A DNA stretch of 64,000 bases from Chrysomallon squamiferum (lineage: Eukaryota; Animalia; Mollusca), in NCBI GenBank assembly GCA_012295275.1, contig CM022671.1, positions 10,106,001-10,170,000 on the forward strand, written 5' to 3'. Positions 1-14,200 of this stretch are shown here, one piece after another (position 1 is the first letter of the stretch; every line of letters begins with the position of its first letter). The notes under the pieces were generated by a model. It saw nothing but the letters and a program-made list of their open reading frames with translations. It ran no database searches and was not told where the DNA came from. Made by a program: the position numbers and the translations under genes.

Positions 1-1329
1 GTAGATGTTTTCAGCTGCCCCAAGAAATCGGTTTGTCAGGTTTTTTGCATGTTTTTATCTGCAAAAATCTCTCTATAAATGTCTGAAATATGAACAGGAA
101 ATAACTAGTTAATCAGATACCAGATTTGTCTTGCTGAAGAAAGAGTAAGACCAACTCAGCATGGTAATGCAAGCTTATCGAGTTATGACACACCCACCCA
201 CCCACATGATACAAAAAAAGCAAAATGAGGAGGGCAGCTATGAGAAATCTACACCTTGAAGAAATGAATAGATGCTGAAAAAAAAGTATTCAGCACATTT
301 AGCTTACTGACTTTTGGAAGAAAAAAGAAAATAAAAGTGAAAATATTTCAAGATTATAGAGAAGTTCCAACTGATACTAATTTATATATATATATATATG
401 TATTTTATTTTACTTTTTTCTTTTGAAAAGATTCAGGCTTTATTTAGAAAGTCCAAAGGTAAAAACAGATGTCTCAGAAAGGAAAGTGTCAGAAAGTCTT
501 AAAATCAGTTGTGAAAAAAAAAAAACCCAGCCCACCTCGCACAGGATCCCTAAGAAAACAGAGAAATTGCTCCTCACTTTGGAAAACAATCACAGACACA
601 AGTAAATTTGAAATAAATCCTGTGTAATATTTACCCAGACTTCAGCTGAATCATCATGTTTCTTTCTCTCCAGTGTTAATTCTTTGTACAACTGGATAAG
701 ATATTCAGTGTTTATGTTCACAAATGACCAAAATCAATCGCAGTTTCTCCATAGATTTTGAAAGAAAAATAAAGGCAAATTTTTTCTGGATACAAAATTT
801 TAATTTTTTTGTTTTTTGTTTCAAAGCTTTGAAGATATCTTGGAGTCATTTTAATCTGTTTTTATTGCTGTTTTGGACAATATATAATTTTATAGGAAAA
901 TTCTGTCACTTACGATTATTTGTTATTTGCCTCTCTTGCAACATTATAGTACACACAGAATTATGGAATGGTGTCTATTTTTGTTTGTGAACAAATAAAT
1001 GTTTTGTAATTAACATTTTAAGGCATTAATGGGTCAACAATGTTAATTTATTACTTTTCAGTCATATATTAGTTTGAATTTAGCACCCGAAATCTAAATC
1101 TCATTCAGAGAAAAAATGATACAGTTTTCGTACATCTATGCTAAACCTCTACTAATAACAACAATAATAACAATAATAATGATAATAATAACAGTAATAC
1201 CTGTAATGATCAAATTAAATACTGAATTTCTTTTTTTTTATAGCTTGTTAAATGAAATAATGACTTTCATTTGGTTTGTTTTCAATCATTTAAGTACACA
1301 ACACTGAGTATTGTAAATATTTTCTTTAT

Positions 1330-1870
1330 AGAATTGACTTGACAATGGACTATTCAAGATTCCACATCGCTAAATTACATCTGCAGTGACAGAATATGTA
1401 GGACAACACTTGAAACAATTATTGATTTATGGGATAATTAGGTCTTTCAAACAGTGGGTTTCACCAGTTGTTACAGACAGGAAATCCAATGGAAATCTGC
1501 AGATGTGTCTGGATTATAGGATGATCAAGGAAAGAACTATCAAGGATGGATATCCTCTGCCAAGAACTGAAGAAATTTTTGACTGATTGGCAGTATCAGA
1601 TATATTTTGTCATTGATATGAAAAGCACAAACCACATACTGCCTTCATTACTGCACAACTGGGCTTTTGAGTATAACACAATAGTATTTGTGTTAACCAA
1701 CAGTCTTCCCAACAGTGGATGGAAAACTGCCTAGCTGGTTTTTGCATGATTTTCATTGAAACTTTGATTGATCTTTTTAGACACATGACTTGAAACAAGT
1801 CTTTCAAATACTTCATGAGAATGGTTTGAAATGTGAACTCTTTCAGTCTGAAGTTAAATACCACTGAAAG
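1330..1870 (+). mobile_element. Decayed Ty3/Gypsy LTR-retrotransposon reverse transcriptase fragment
   Basis: ORF 1386-1586 reads GIIRS..WVSPVV..RKSNGNLQMCLDYRMIKERTIKDGYPLPRTEEIFD, matching Gypsy RT 'SPvvlV.KkdG.lRlCvDYR.LN..T.kd.YPLPrieei'. After frameshifts it continues with TAF, FEYNTI.F.LTNS and WMENCLAG. Stops and frameshifts show it is non-functional. Ends are approximate. Confidence 0.88.
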
Positions 1871-3288
1871 CTGCAGAATTTTCTTGGTAATAATAAAAAA
1901 TAAAAATAAAACAAATATCAAAAGAAAATATATCTTGCAAAATTTGTCAGTTAAAATTATAATCTGAGCCTAAGCAAACACAATAATGCATCTGTTCTAA
2001 GACATCTTCAAGTTGTTTTCTATTATTTCTGTTTTTGTGTTCTATTATAAGAAAATGTTCAGGATTATGCTATTGTTTTGTTTCCAAAGCTATCAGTATT
2101 TGCAAATTACATAAAAATAAACAGTTGAAATATTTTAATACTTGAATTTCTGAATAAAATTAAATGAATTCAAATAATCAAAGCTTTATAAATAGAATAT
2201 TTTTGGAGAGTTTCTAATTTTACACATACTATTTATGACATTTATTATACAAGTTAAAAAAAAAATATTAGAAAAAAAAATTAATTCTAAAAACACAATT
2301 AAACTTAAAATAAATTTTATTTTCAACTTATAAAATAGCGCAATTTCTAGAGGAAAGATATAATCACAGATCAGCATTTATTTAAATAAATATATACTAA
2401 TCATAGAAAAAAAAGCTTACCTGAAAAAGAAAAAAAAATGCATTTGTCATAGTGAATCTGTTTTCCTTGTATCTCGGACATACAAACCGTTTATCTTCTT
2501 TTTTTTGGTTCAAAATGCTATTCATCTCAGATTCAGATCAGAATTTTGTTCATAACTGTACACATTTAAAACAATTGACCCTCAAAACATCAACATTAGA
2601 CACCCACATTTGTAAATCAGTTTGTTAGTCTACATTTTAATTTTATTTTTAATATCAGAAAAGCAAAGTAGATGAAGTAAAACACAATGCAGATTTAGGT
2701 AAACCATTAGACATTGAAATAATAAAAGCTTTAAAATATAGCATTAGTAGAAGCTGCATGTCTATTGTAGAATAATACTCACACAGTTTAAAATGTCAGT
2801 GATTTAGATTACACATCAGAAATGTCACTATTTACTATTATAATGTGTTATGAAATAATATAAAGCTCAACACATAATGTGCATCATGTCCATCAATTAC
2901 TGTCACAAAGGTCATGTTAGAACTGACACAAAGATTGTAATATACTGCAGTAAACATAACATTAATACTGGTTAAGTTTTTCTGTTGAGAATGAAAGCAG
3001 ATAACTTTTATAAGGTTTAATTATTTAGACAGTGTCAAATACAAAGACTGTAATAAGTGTTACAAAGTTATTACTAAATATAACATGGTAAATATATTAT
3101 CAAATGATGCAAGACATAAACTATAGTAATGGGTTAATATTCTATGCAACATGAATGCACATAAGAGATTTAGTTATAACTAGAATATAAGCAGCTCAGT
3201 ATGCTCTGGTTGTTTAGTACTTTGTTTTGTTATGATCGCAATTAATGTCAATGAAAAACCTGAATATTTCCATCTTTTCGTAAAGTTG

Positions 3289-6200
3289 TCAATAAAAAAC
3301 CAATTTTCTGTCCAAATTGAAGAACATTTCTTCAGAAAGTAAATCTCTGGAATAAAAAAGTAACAGCATGAAACTTCAAAATGAAAATTTTATATCACAG
3401 TGCAAAATTTATAAAATAAACAACAGCAACAACAAAAAGAGAAAATTACGTCAAAAACATGATAAATTAAAAAGTATGCTTCACTTCTTAAAATGTAAGA
3501 ATAAATAGTGCTTCACATTATAAAATACAAGAATAGTACTTGGTCTCCAATTAAAATAACACAATTTGACAAGAACACTTAAAAGTGATCATTTAAGATT
3601 GCATAAAGCATTACTCTAATTTAAAATGATAATTCACATCTTTAACTTCTGCAGTTAAGAAATTTACTACAGCTTAAAAATAAAATAAAATAATGTGTAA
3701 CAAAAAAGAAAGAAAGAAAGTCAAATAAAAGTGAATGAATATGTAGCAAATAATTAGTATTCAGGCCATTTTGCATAATAATTTTAGCATGGGCATGTTT
3801 CTAACACTGAACTGAAAGGGAAAAAATAATGATAAAACTCTATCAATACATGTCCATGTCATGAAATTCATATTGCGTAACCAAATTGTATACTTCAATC
3901 ACATCCACTCTTTTTATTTTTAAGAGATGGAATTGAAATTGTGTAACTTTAATTGTAACTATAATCACATCCATTCTTTTTATTGTTTCCGCCAATTTTT
4001 CAACTCCATGGCGTTGTTATAAAAAGGCTGGCATTTGATAATTAAGCAGCGAGAGCAAAGGAAAAAGTTACAACTAGAGTTCAGTCAGGTGGGGAAACCA
4101 ATGTTTTTGAATGAATTTGTCTTTACAGATGAGTATGGCAAGCAATTGTCTATTCTTATTTTGCTAGGGTGTAATGTGCAATTAACCTGTGTCCAATAAC
4201 ATTTATTATATCTGAAGTTCCCCGTATGACTGTACTCATATCATTTATCAAAATTACTTTAACTCATGTTTTATGATTGTATAATGTATTATTATCAAGA
4301 CACCTGTATAACATAATTAAATAATTAAGGTGAACCTTAACTTGTGTTGTGTTTATTTCTCTAGTGGATAGATAGACTTATTGATTTATATCGATTGCTG
4401 TCAATTTAGTGTTTATATTCCTTGTTAGGTGGCCATTAAAGCACCTTGTTACCCTAGACTGAGCCTTAATAAAACAGCCAAGATGTTTAAAGGTGTGGGT
4501 CCTGTGACAGTCCAAAAGAGAAGAAAGAAATAACAAACAAAACATTAATTGTCCCCTCAGCCACCAACATACTACTAATAAAAATGTTTCCTACCTATAA
4601 TTAATAAAGCCTCCAATACAGGTATCAAGTTTTTCAATTATCAGTTCAAACTGCTTCTACAACAAATAAAATCAATAAATAAAATCATATTGTTATTAAA
4701 ATATTATCCACATATAAATAAAAAAGAGACACTATGTTTGCAAAATGATGGTGAAATAAAAAATATATAAATGTATAAATTAAAACAAAAAAAAATTCAA
4801 GTATAACAAGAAAAACCATGCTATGAAAAACGATTTTTAAATTTAAAAGCAAAATGATAATATATAAAAATTAAAAATAAATATACTTTATAGCTATATT
4901 GAAGACACAAGACACTTAACAAGTGATAACAATTTAATGTATCAAAACTACACCAGTTCTTCTGTATAATTACACAGAAAACAGATTACCAGCCTTTAAG
5001 CAATATTGAATGGGTTTTCTTTTTTAATGTCATATTCACATATTTCAACATTATCAGATTTTCGGTGGATGTAACATTTTCAATTTTAAACTGAATAGAG
5101 ATGAAATCTGATATCTCCATTCCAAAACATTATCTTACAAGAAATATAACATGGGGTTTATATTACATTTGCACACATGACTACATACAGATTACATAAT
5201 CAAGTCTTTAATAACTAGTATGGTACTGTGACAGGAATGGAAATACAAAATGATTCCATATCCTGAGAAGTCTCATATCAAAGTATACAGTTACTAACAA
5301 ATTTAATAAAATAAGATGATCTGAAAGAATTGTAACTTTCTTTTTGTGATCATGTATATGTAAAATGTTCGTTGCCATAATAATTCTCATTTGAGGATGT
5401 TACTTTTTTGTGATTGTGCCTCCAGTAGTAAATTAAAAGAAAAACAATTTTTAAAAAATATTGTGTCATTAACTGCTATTTTCTGCAATTTAAATACATC
5501 TATAAAGGCTGAACGTGACATATTTAAAGTTATTCATAACTGAAAGCAGCAGTGTCAGTATCTATCTAATGGTTAAAACAACATAATTTAGTGAGGAGTA
5601 TTTTGTTAGAAAATCACAAATAAATATTTCACAGAATCAAAAAATTATTTTCTTACACTTGTGAGTTTAAGACCAGTCTCTCTAAAACAGTTTTTCAGCT
5701 GTTCAAAGGGCAGCAGACCTGTGTTATCTCTATCCTGCTGATGGAATGTCGTCGCCAGCTCAGAGCTGTGGTCCCGTGTAAACGTTGTGAACAGTTTCAA
5801 CAACTTGCCAGAGGTCTGCAGTAGAAAACATTTCATTATGAAAGAAAGAAAAGATACTTGTTTGTGGCTGTGCATGTATATATGGTATCTGTATGTGAAC
5901 ATGCATAATTAATACTATACATACCCGTCTCCTTTCACATCCAGCCACACCTCCATAAAAAACTAAGATGTTTTTGCTGTTCTCTAAGTCATGTATTAGC
6001 TTGAAATTCTCTTTGTTAATTGTCATATCCTTAAACCAAGAAAAAAAAAGAAGATTTAAATGGTGTTTGAATTTGAAGGAATTATATATATTAAAAGAAA
6101 AAAAACAACCAAAAGATGAAAAGTAACCTCAGTAAAATAATAGAAATATTATTTCCTGCTGTTAATTTTCGATAAAACAGAAATAACTAAAAACCATATA

Positions 6201-9146
6201 TGTTACAGAACATGTATGAACAATGTCAGGGAATATTTATAAATTAACAGATTATACATAATTCTTTGAATTGTTTTGATCATTCACTGAAACAATAAAA
6301 CATTTTAATGACATGTTGCATATCAGTTGTTCATTGACATTAAAAATAGCATTCTGCAAAGCTAAACTAAAGATTGAAAAACATTAATATCTCTGTTTAT
6401 TAACAATACTGTGAGCTGCATCATTTAAATTAAATTTTTAAAACTTTTAACATCTTCATTAACCACTGCTAGCTATCAAATATTAAATTAGTAAAATGGT
6501 GATTAGTAAAGAAGAGTTATAATTAGATTATTAATGATTTCAAATGATGTTTAAAGTAACTAAAACTAAATACTATTGTACCATGGAAATCTGATGCTAA
6601 CGATGACAGAGGACTTTAACTATAAAACACTGTATTCAGTTATTATTTTGTGCAGTAAGAGTTCAGAGTCATTAACATTAATAACAAAATAATATAAGAA
6701 AGCACTCTCTGCCTTGATTAAGTTAAAATACTACACAGCAGTATACAGTGCTTTGGAGAAACGTTTAGTGCTGAAGAGAAACAATATGTGATACTGAATC
6801 AACACGTACCTTTGTTCATCTTAGGAAAGCATGAAATGTCAAGAAAATAAAACAAATTTCTAAAATAATTTTAAAAAGTGCTTTTATATAATTTGTTTAT
6901 AAACATTTGAAGCTGATTACTAGAATACCACGTGATCACTTAATACTCAGATGATTATTTAAATGTAGGTAAATATTACACAGCAAAGTTTTTAAATACA
7001 ACATTTACTTCATTAATTTACAAGTACTATGTGAATGCTGCAGAACAGAATATTTATCTACTTTGAAAATAAAGCAACTGATAATTATATTATGTAAAAT
7101 TAATGTATAATTCAAACAGGATCAGAAATCATGCAATTTTAATGTTCATATGCTTCATATCACTTACTGCATGTTGAATCTGTGTATAGTTTAAAACTTA
7201 TATAATAAAACTGAAATATCTGTTGTTTCCAAGGAGCAAATGGAAAATAACTAACTGGTAGAAATGGCCAACAGACTAACCTCTATTGATAAAATATTCA
7301 ACTTCTCATTCACAGCAGCTGCTTTTAATAACACTTCCAAACCATCATTACCAAACATATTCAGGTTTAGCTGCCAAAATGACAACAATTAATTAGTTAT
7401 TATTATTGAGAGAATTTAATCTGATTTTAACATGCAAAACAGTGTCTGTACAGACATCCAGTTTTATCAAAATAATAGAGTAAAAGAATATAACAATTCA
7501 GAAAATAACAAATAAATAAAAAATTGTATAACGTTAAATTCTTTGTCTTATACACTATTACCACAATAAGTTAAAAACTAGTAAAATTTGTCTATATTGT
7601 TTTAAATTATATATATATATTTTTTAAATCTTCTATATACTATTACAACAAGCGAAAACTGTATTATAATAAAAGAACCATACAACAACTCACTATGAGG
7701 TTTTCCAAGGTAGTATTTTTTTTCAGGCCCAATGCTAATCTCATGGCTGACTTTTTAGTTAGACGATTATTTCTGTAAATAAAAACATTTATTAACAAAT
7801 AAACTTCTAAAATAGTCAGTTGGATGTAAAGAGTTTCAAACTGTTCTGACATTTTTGTTTAAATTACAAAATCCACAAAACTTCAGGAACAGCTTTATGG
7901 TGTGACCTATGAGATTTTAAATCTGAAGAAATTACTTTTCCTGTTAATTACCCACTTCAGTTTCAAGCAGACCTGGGGCTATGTTCCTAAAACTATCATT
8001 ATACAATATAAATTAACACGTTGCTGACAGAATGTTCACGATCTCAAAGTTGTCTTTGTGAATGTCCTTAGCCAATAATTATCACTACATAACAACCATG
8101 TTGTTAAAAGTATTGGTTATTAATGGTATGATGTGACCAAGAAAGGCATACTCAGCATATACTGTACACCAAATAAATGATGATCACTAATATCATCTGA
8201 TAATACTTGTAGTTTCTGGTAATATTTTTTTTTTTTTTTTTTTTTAAATTCAAAGATTACTCTATTGCAGCCAAAATTTTAAAATTTCTATCTAATCTAA
8301 TTTTTTTTATTATTATTTTTATTTTATATTTATTAGTTAGGTAGAACTTAAAAACAAATACAGAACAGAAACAAAAAAGTATTTTGATATCATGCTTACC
8401 GTTTGAAATATGATGTTTTGAATACTAACAAAATGTGACAGCATCAGCAAATTTGATTTGAACCATTTTCAGCCAATCATGAACATTAACTTGATTAATT
8501 AACAAATGACAGTGATATATATTGAGATCTTTTACGACTAACAGGTAAAGAGTACTAGACTAGCAGCCTGCATATGTTTTACTAATATAACAATTTTACA
8601 TCCAAAAACATGTAATTTGTTGGCTGTGTTTTGACTGTGTACTTTTCAGGTATACATTCTACAAGGTGGTGTGAAGAATTAGTCTCAGTGTTTAGTGCTA
8701 GCTTATAATAAGTAAATAAGTATGTGGAAACAATTAATACCAGTTAATTCAGTTCTTCCGCCTTAACTTAGTAGCTGTCTTCAACTTCTTGACATTAATT
8801 TTCTATGTGATAATACATCAAAGTATATTTCATGAAGTTTTTTAGTAACTAGAATCGTATCCGTTAAAACAAAATAATGTGTTTCAGTAATCAACACTGA
8901 AAGCAAAGCAAGAAGAAGAAGCTGTTGGCTAATTCTGAAGAACGGATCATAACTAACTTCTGCGACTTAAAGTTAAATTGTAGCTAGGCTGACAGGGCGA
9001 GATTGCCAGCAACACCACTGAAGTTCAAAAACTACGCTTCAAAATATAAAGCATTTTTTTAAATTTCTAAACAAAATAACAGACATGTGTATAAAACTGT
9101 GACAGTTGGTATCACAATCCATTTCAAAAGATTTACTAAGTTCTGT

Positions 9147-9187
<41 letters not shown>

Positions 9188-11253
9188 CACACACATATTG
9201 TAATTTATGTTTCAAGCCATGTTTTCTTTTATTCCTGTCTTTCTGTGTATCATTAGAAAACCTACTTTATTAATTTTCTAACAGCCACGTAAGTTTTCCA
9301 CACCTGTAATGCCATTTATTTCAGTCCAGCACAAAACACACCGTACTGCCACGAGCATTTAAAATGTCACATTAACATACAATTCTTGAGCAAATTTTCT
9401 TATTTCCATGCAGTTCATGTTACAGGCTGCTTGTAAGCAAAGTTAAAAGAGATTAAAATACCCTCATAGACTGACTCAGTTGCAACTCTCTCCCACTGCC
9501 TAATAATAGTTTTCAAATTAAATAAAAATCAATATTGCAAGATAATTACTGTAATTCTAGTTACTGTAATATAAATAATGATTTGTGTATTTTGTTATAC
9601 AGGTAGGTATAAACAATTTGGATGACTAAAGCTCAAAATTCTGAACAGTATACACTTTAAATTTTCAAGATATCATCATCAGTAATTACTGAAAAATCCT
9701 TATTTTAAGAAATTGCATAATCACCCCTTTCATCTTAACGGTGTTAAGAAAAATTAGCATAAAGGGTACCATTTCATCCATATGCTATTTATGTAGCTAC
9801 AGCTTCACATGGATAAAAAATGGACTACATGCTTTCTGGTGTGTGCTCTTTCAGATGTAAGCATCAGATCTATTCTTAGATATCAAACTTTAATTAGTGT
9901 TACCATGGAAAATATGAATATTTTTAATGGGAACACCCTTTATTTCACTTAGCTTCTATTAGATATTGATCAAATCTGGGCTGTTCTTTTTAGCTGCTTA
10001 TAAAAGCTAAAAATCAAGGTAAGTTTTTCATTTCCATGTATTTTCCACCAACAAAGCAAAAATAGTTTAAAAAAGCCTAGAGAGTTACTAAATATTAAAC
10101 AGTCAAGATAATTTCATCATTTCGAAATATTTTTATTCAAAAAAGAAGGAAATGATAATTAAAATATTTAAAATTCTTAAAACCAAGAAAAATTCTTCAA
10201 ACATGTTTAAATCTCTTGATTTAGGCAGATGTGCCAATAGCACCATCTATTCTTATTTTCCTGACTTCATCTGGGTGACTTCCATTCTCTTAGTTATTTT
10301 GTTGCCCTTGAAAAAGATCTTAGCTTCAACCTTTTCAAGTGATGCAATTGGTGCCTTATAGGCTTGATCACACAATTCTGGAAATGGATCTGACATTTGT
10401 TTTAATATGACTTCCACCACAATATCAGAACTTTAACAGCTGCAAAACATTTTTGATCTTATCTTCTCTGTGAGACAACATCATCTAAATACACAGCATG
10501 ATCAAATTTTAAATTGGTGTTATCCTGCCCAGCTAATTCTTCACCTACTTTCTATTCACTATACTTTTCAGTTCCAAACCAATCCAGTTTTGTGTCAGTG
10601 TTTGTCACATCACCTATCAGCTCCTAACTGTTGTTATGTGATGGTGTCACTGGTCCTGTTTTTGACAAGTCCAGTATCCTGCAAATAATAATTGGCCTCT
10701 CTTATCCACATTGAATGTTTTGCTACTGTTTTCTTCAGGAACAAATCTTGGTGCCAGTCTGATTCAAAATCTCAGAAGCATACATAGTATGCAGTGTGCA
10801 TGTGCAAAGCATTTTATCTGGGGTCCTACTCAGATGCCTTTCAAGAACAGGTTGCAGAAAATGACAGAGGAAATTTGCAGCTACTAGCAGATAATAATCT
10901 TCCTATCTAATGACCAACATTTTTAGGGAATATGGCATCTGATTTAGTACACAATCATTTTTTTTTTTAATGGAATAAATTAACATTACAATAAAGGTAA
11001 AGCAGGTAGTATTGCAGATATTACATGTATTTTGTATTTTGTTGGTGTGTGTTTGTGATGAAAAAAAATCTTATCTACATACGTAAGATCAATGGCTCGT
11101 AAAGTTGTGTTTTTCTGTAAGGCAAACTGCATTGCAACACATGCACTGATTTCAAAGCCATTCCAGGACAAATCAATTATTTCCAAAGAAGAGTTTACCT
11201 GGACAATTTATGAAATAAAAATAAAATAAAAATAAAATAAAAAATACAAATAT

Positions 11254-11289
<36 letters not shown>

Positions 11290-14200
11290 TCAAAACTGGA
11301 CAAAAAGTCACTTGTTCAGAACAGTCACAACAAATCCCTCCAAAGCATTTATTTTTTTAAATGACCTGTACAGAATGGACACCTGTCTATAACGGTCAGC
11401 AATATACTTAAAAACAGACAAACACTTGATAACAGATACAAAAACTAAAGTCATTTTGAAAAGATGAAAGTTTAAATTTCTAAAATTTTTGAGATTTATA
11501 AACAATTTTTTTTTTAATGTAAAATTAAATAGTATCATTAATATAATAAATTAAATAACAATAATAAATTCACAAAAAGTTGCATTTTAAGTAATATTTG
11601 TAATACTATTTTATACTTTAGTAATAACTTCTATTAGATTTACCTTTAAAGCATTAGCAATAGCAACAGCCCCTTTTCCTCTCAGACTGTTCCAGCTGAG
11701 ATCAATGCTGATTAGAGATTCATTTAGTACCTGTGAAAGATTAAATCAGCACAGACATCCTTATTTTCCTTTAATATTATTATAACTTATTTATTTTTTC
11801 CTGTCTTTTTTTTTCAATAACACATATATTTTATTTTAATCCAGTTTTATTGTCACCAAACTAATATATAAAAAAATATAAAAAAAACAATTAAAAAAAT
11901 TATACATTAAATTATATTATTTTACATTTAAACATTTTCCTTTGTTATTTATAGGGAAAAAAAATATTATTTGTAAAAATTAACTGCATTTGGAAAATAT
12001 TTAATTAAATGTAATAATGAAAATAATAATATGATTTACTCAAACCTCCTTGGCTTTCCCACTGGACTAGTTTCTGTTGCAGTCAGCCTGCACAGCTGAT
12101 TTAAAGGTATAATTTGTGTGTGTTTTCTTGTCTATATGAGATATTAAAAAGATTCCTAGCTAATAAAAGCAAATAGTGGATTGTTGGCTGCAGACAGACT
12201 TCTCATTTACTGTATGAGGCCATACAACTGACAGGTTAAAAATACTAGGTGAATTGTTACATAAAAACATTTCTTTCTAAATATAATGAATACACTGAAA
12301 GACAAATTAAATTACAAAGCTGTCAGTATGTACATGGTGCCATACATATCAAAACTGTTGGGTGAACTGATAAATAAAACATTTCTTTGTACATATATTA
12401 ATATACTGAATTAAATTACCAAGCCTTGGGCCAACATCTCACCACCCTTCTCAGAAAATCTGTTATGACTCAAATCTAATGAAGTTAGTGATGTATTGTT
12501 CTTCAGTGCATCAACAAAGATAGCTGCATCTCGATCTTTGAGGTTATTGCCTGAAACAATGTACAAGTGTTAATTTATTGAACTAATCATTTCTTATTTG
12601 TTCATGCTGTTATAATAATTGTTTGTTTTCACTGACATCACCAGTTTGTGTCACATATATTGATTTGTACTGCACCACAAGCATCTTGCTTCGTTAATTC
12701 TGACTTAGCAATCACTACATTTTCAGTCATTCAAACATGACTCGTGTATTTAGAAAAATGTACCTGCTAATGAAAGTATTTTTAAAGTGGTGTTCACTTC
12801 TAGCATCTCTGCAATTATAGCAATGCCTTCTGACTGGATGAAATTATTGGATAAATTCTGAAAACACAAAAGAAAGCCTTAATTATCTATATATAATGAG
12901 TAAACAGTGGATGAAGAAGAATGAAGATGAATACAAATGTATTTAGCATTCAAAATATTTTAAAATCTGAAAACGATGATAAAAAAAAATACATATAAAT
13001 GTCACTACCACTTTTACTTATGAGCAGACTATTTTCATATTCAGCATTTTGTTATTTCCACAAAGTGTTTGGTTTCATTATCTGAGTTGCATCACTATCT
13101 TAAATGACGATAATATTTGCCATTTATTTCCATTTTTGTATTATAATTGCTTCTGACATATTTTATTTTTACAACTGACAAGTTGAATACTGGTTTACAT
13201 TCCACTTCCATTAAGTCTGTAAAACATACCAGATCAGTAATAAATAAATTTTCCTTCATCATTTTGGCAATGTAAATGGCACCTTCGACTTCAAGGTAAT
13301 TATCTGACAAGTTGAGACATTCAGTAACCGTGTTGGACTGCAATAACAAAATACCAGAATCTTTAAGAGCTGTGGTAAACTCTACAATGATAAAATACAG
13401 AAATATGTATCACAGGTCACAATGTGATTATCACACCTACAGCAATAAACTGCTGGAACATATTAACTATCAGCAAATCAATTACTATGTTATAAAAATA
13501 ATTATTACACAAAATGATCAATATTTAGGTATGATACACATCAGCAAAACAATACTTACATTATACTTTAATTGGATGACATATGTTGGATTATTTTACT
13601 CATTAGAAAATTGATAGAGCTGTTAAAACAATGAACAAGGATAAGTTATTGGAACACATTCTAGTGAAAGTTTGCAAAACTTCTCAGGTAGATGAAACGA
13701 TCTTACTACACTATTACCACTAAAGCCAGTGCTAATGATTTTGCTCCTGTTGTTCCAAGGTAGCGGTGACTTAGCTGAATATTCCTATCTCCTAGATTAT
13801 GCAATAAGCGGGAAATTGGAGTTATTCCTATAAACAAATAAAAACAAAAACAAAAATAAAAATAAATATTAACAAATGTGATTAAATACATATAATAAAC
13901 AAAATATTAATAATAATAAAGTAGTAATTTATTGTAAGAAATACATTAATAATAATAGTAAAAACAAATAATTCTAATAATACTAACAATAGAAACAAAT
14001 TTCTTTCTCGTTTATATACAGTGTGACAACTGTTTAGATTTAGAATTTTGCAAAATGATACTGTCTAAAATACAAATTGAAAATAAATTATTAATAAAAA
14101 TTTACAGAATTGCAGAAATATTTCTCATAAATCTTCTTCTTTTTCTTACCTAGTTTACTGCAACTTTTTCGATATATCGTTTTGCCACATGGATCCACTG

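Noticed and set aside
1330-4509. Gypsy RT fragment and solo LTR as one element
   Set aside because: The LTR has its own TSD on both sides, and the last LRRC74 exon lies between them.
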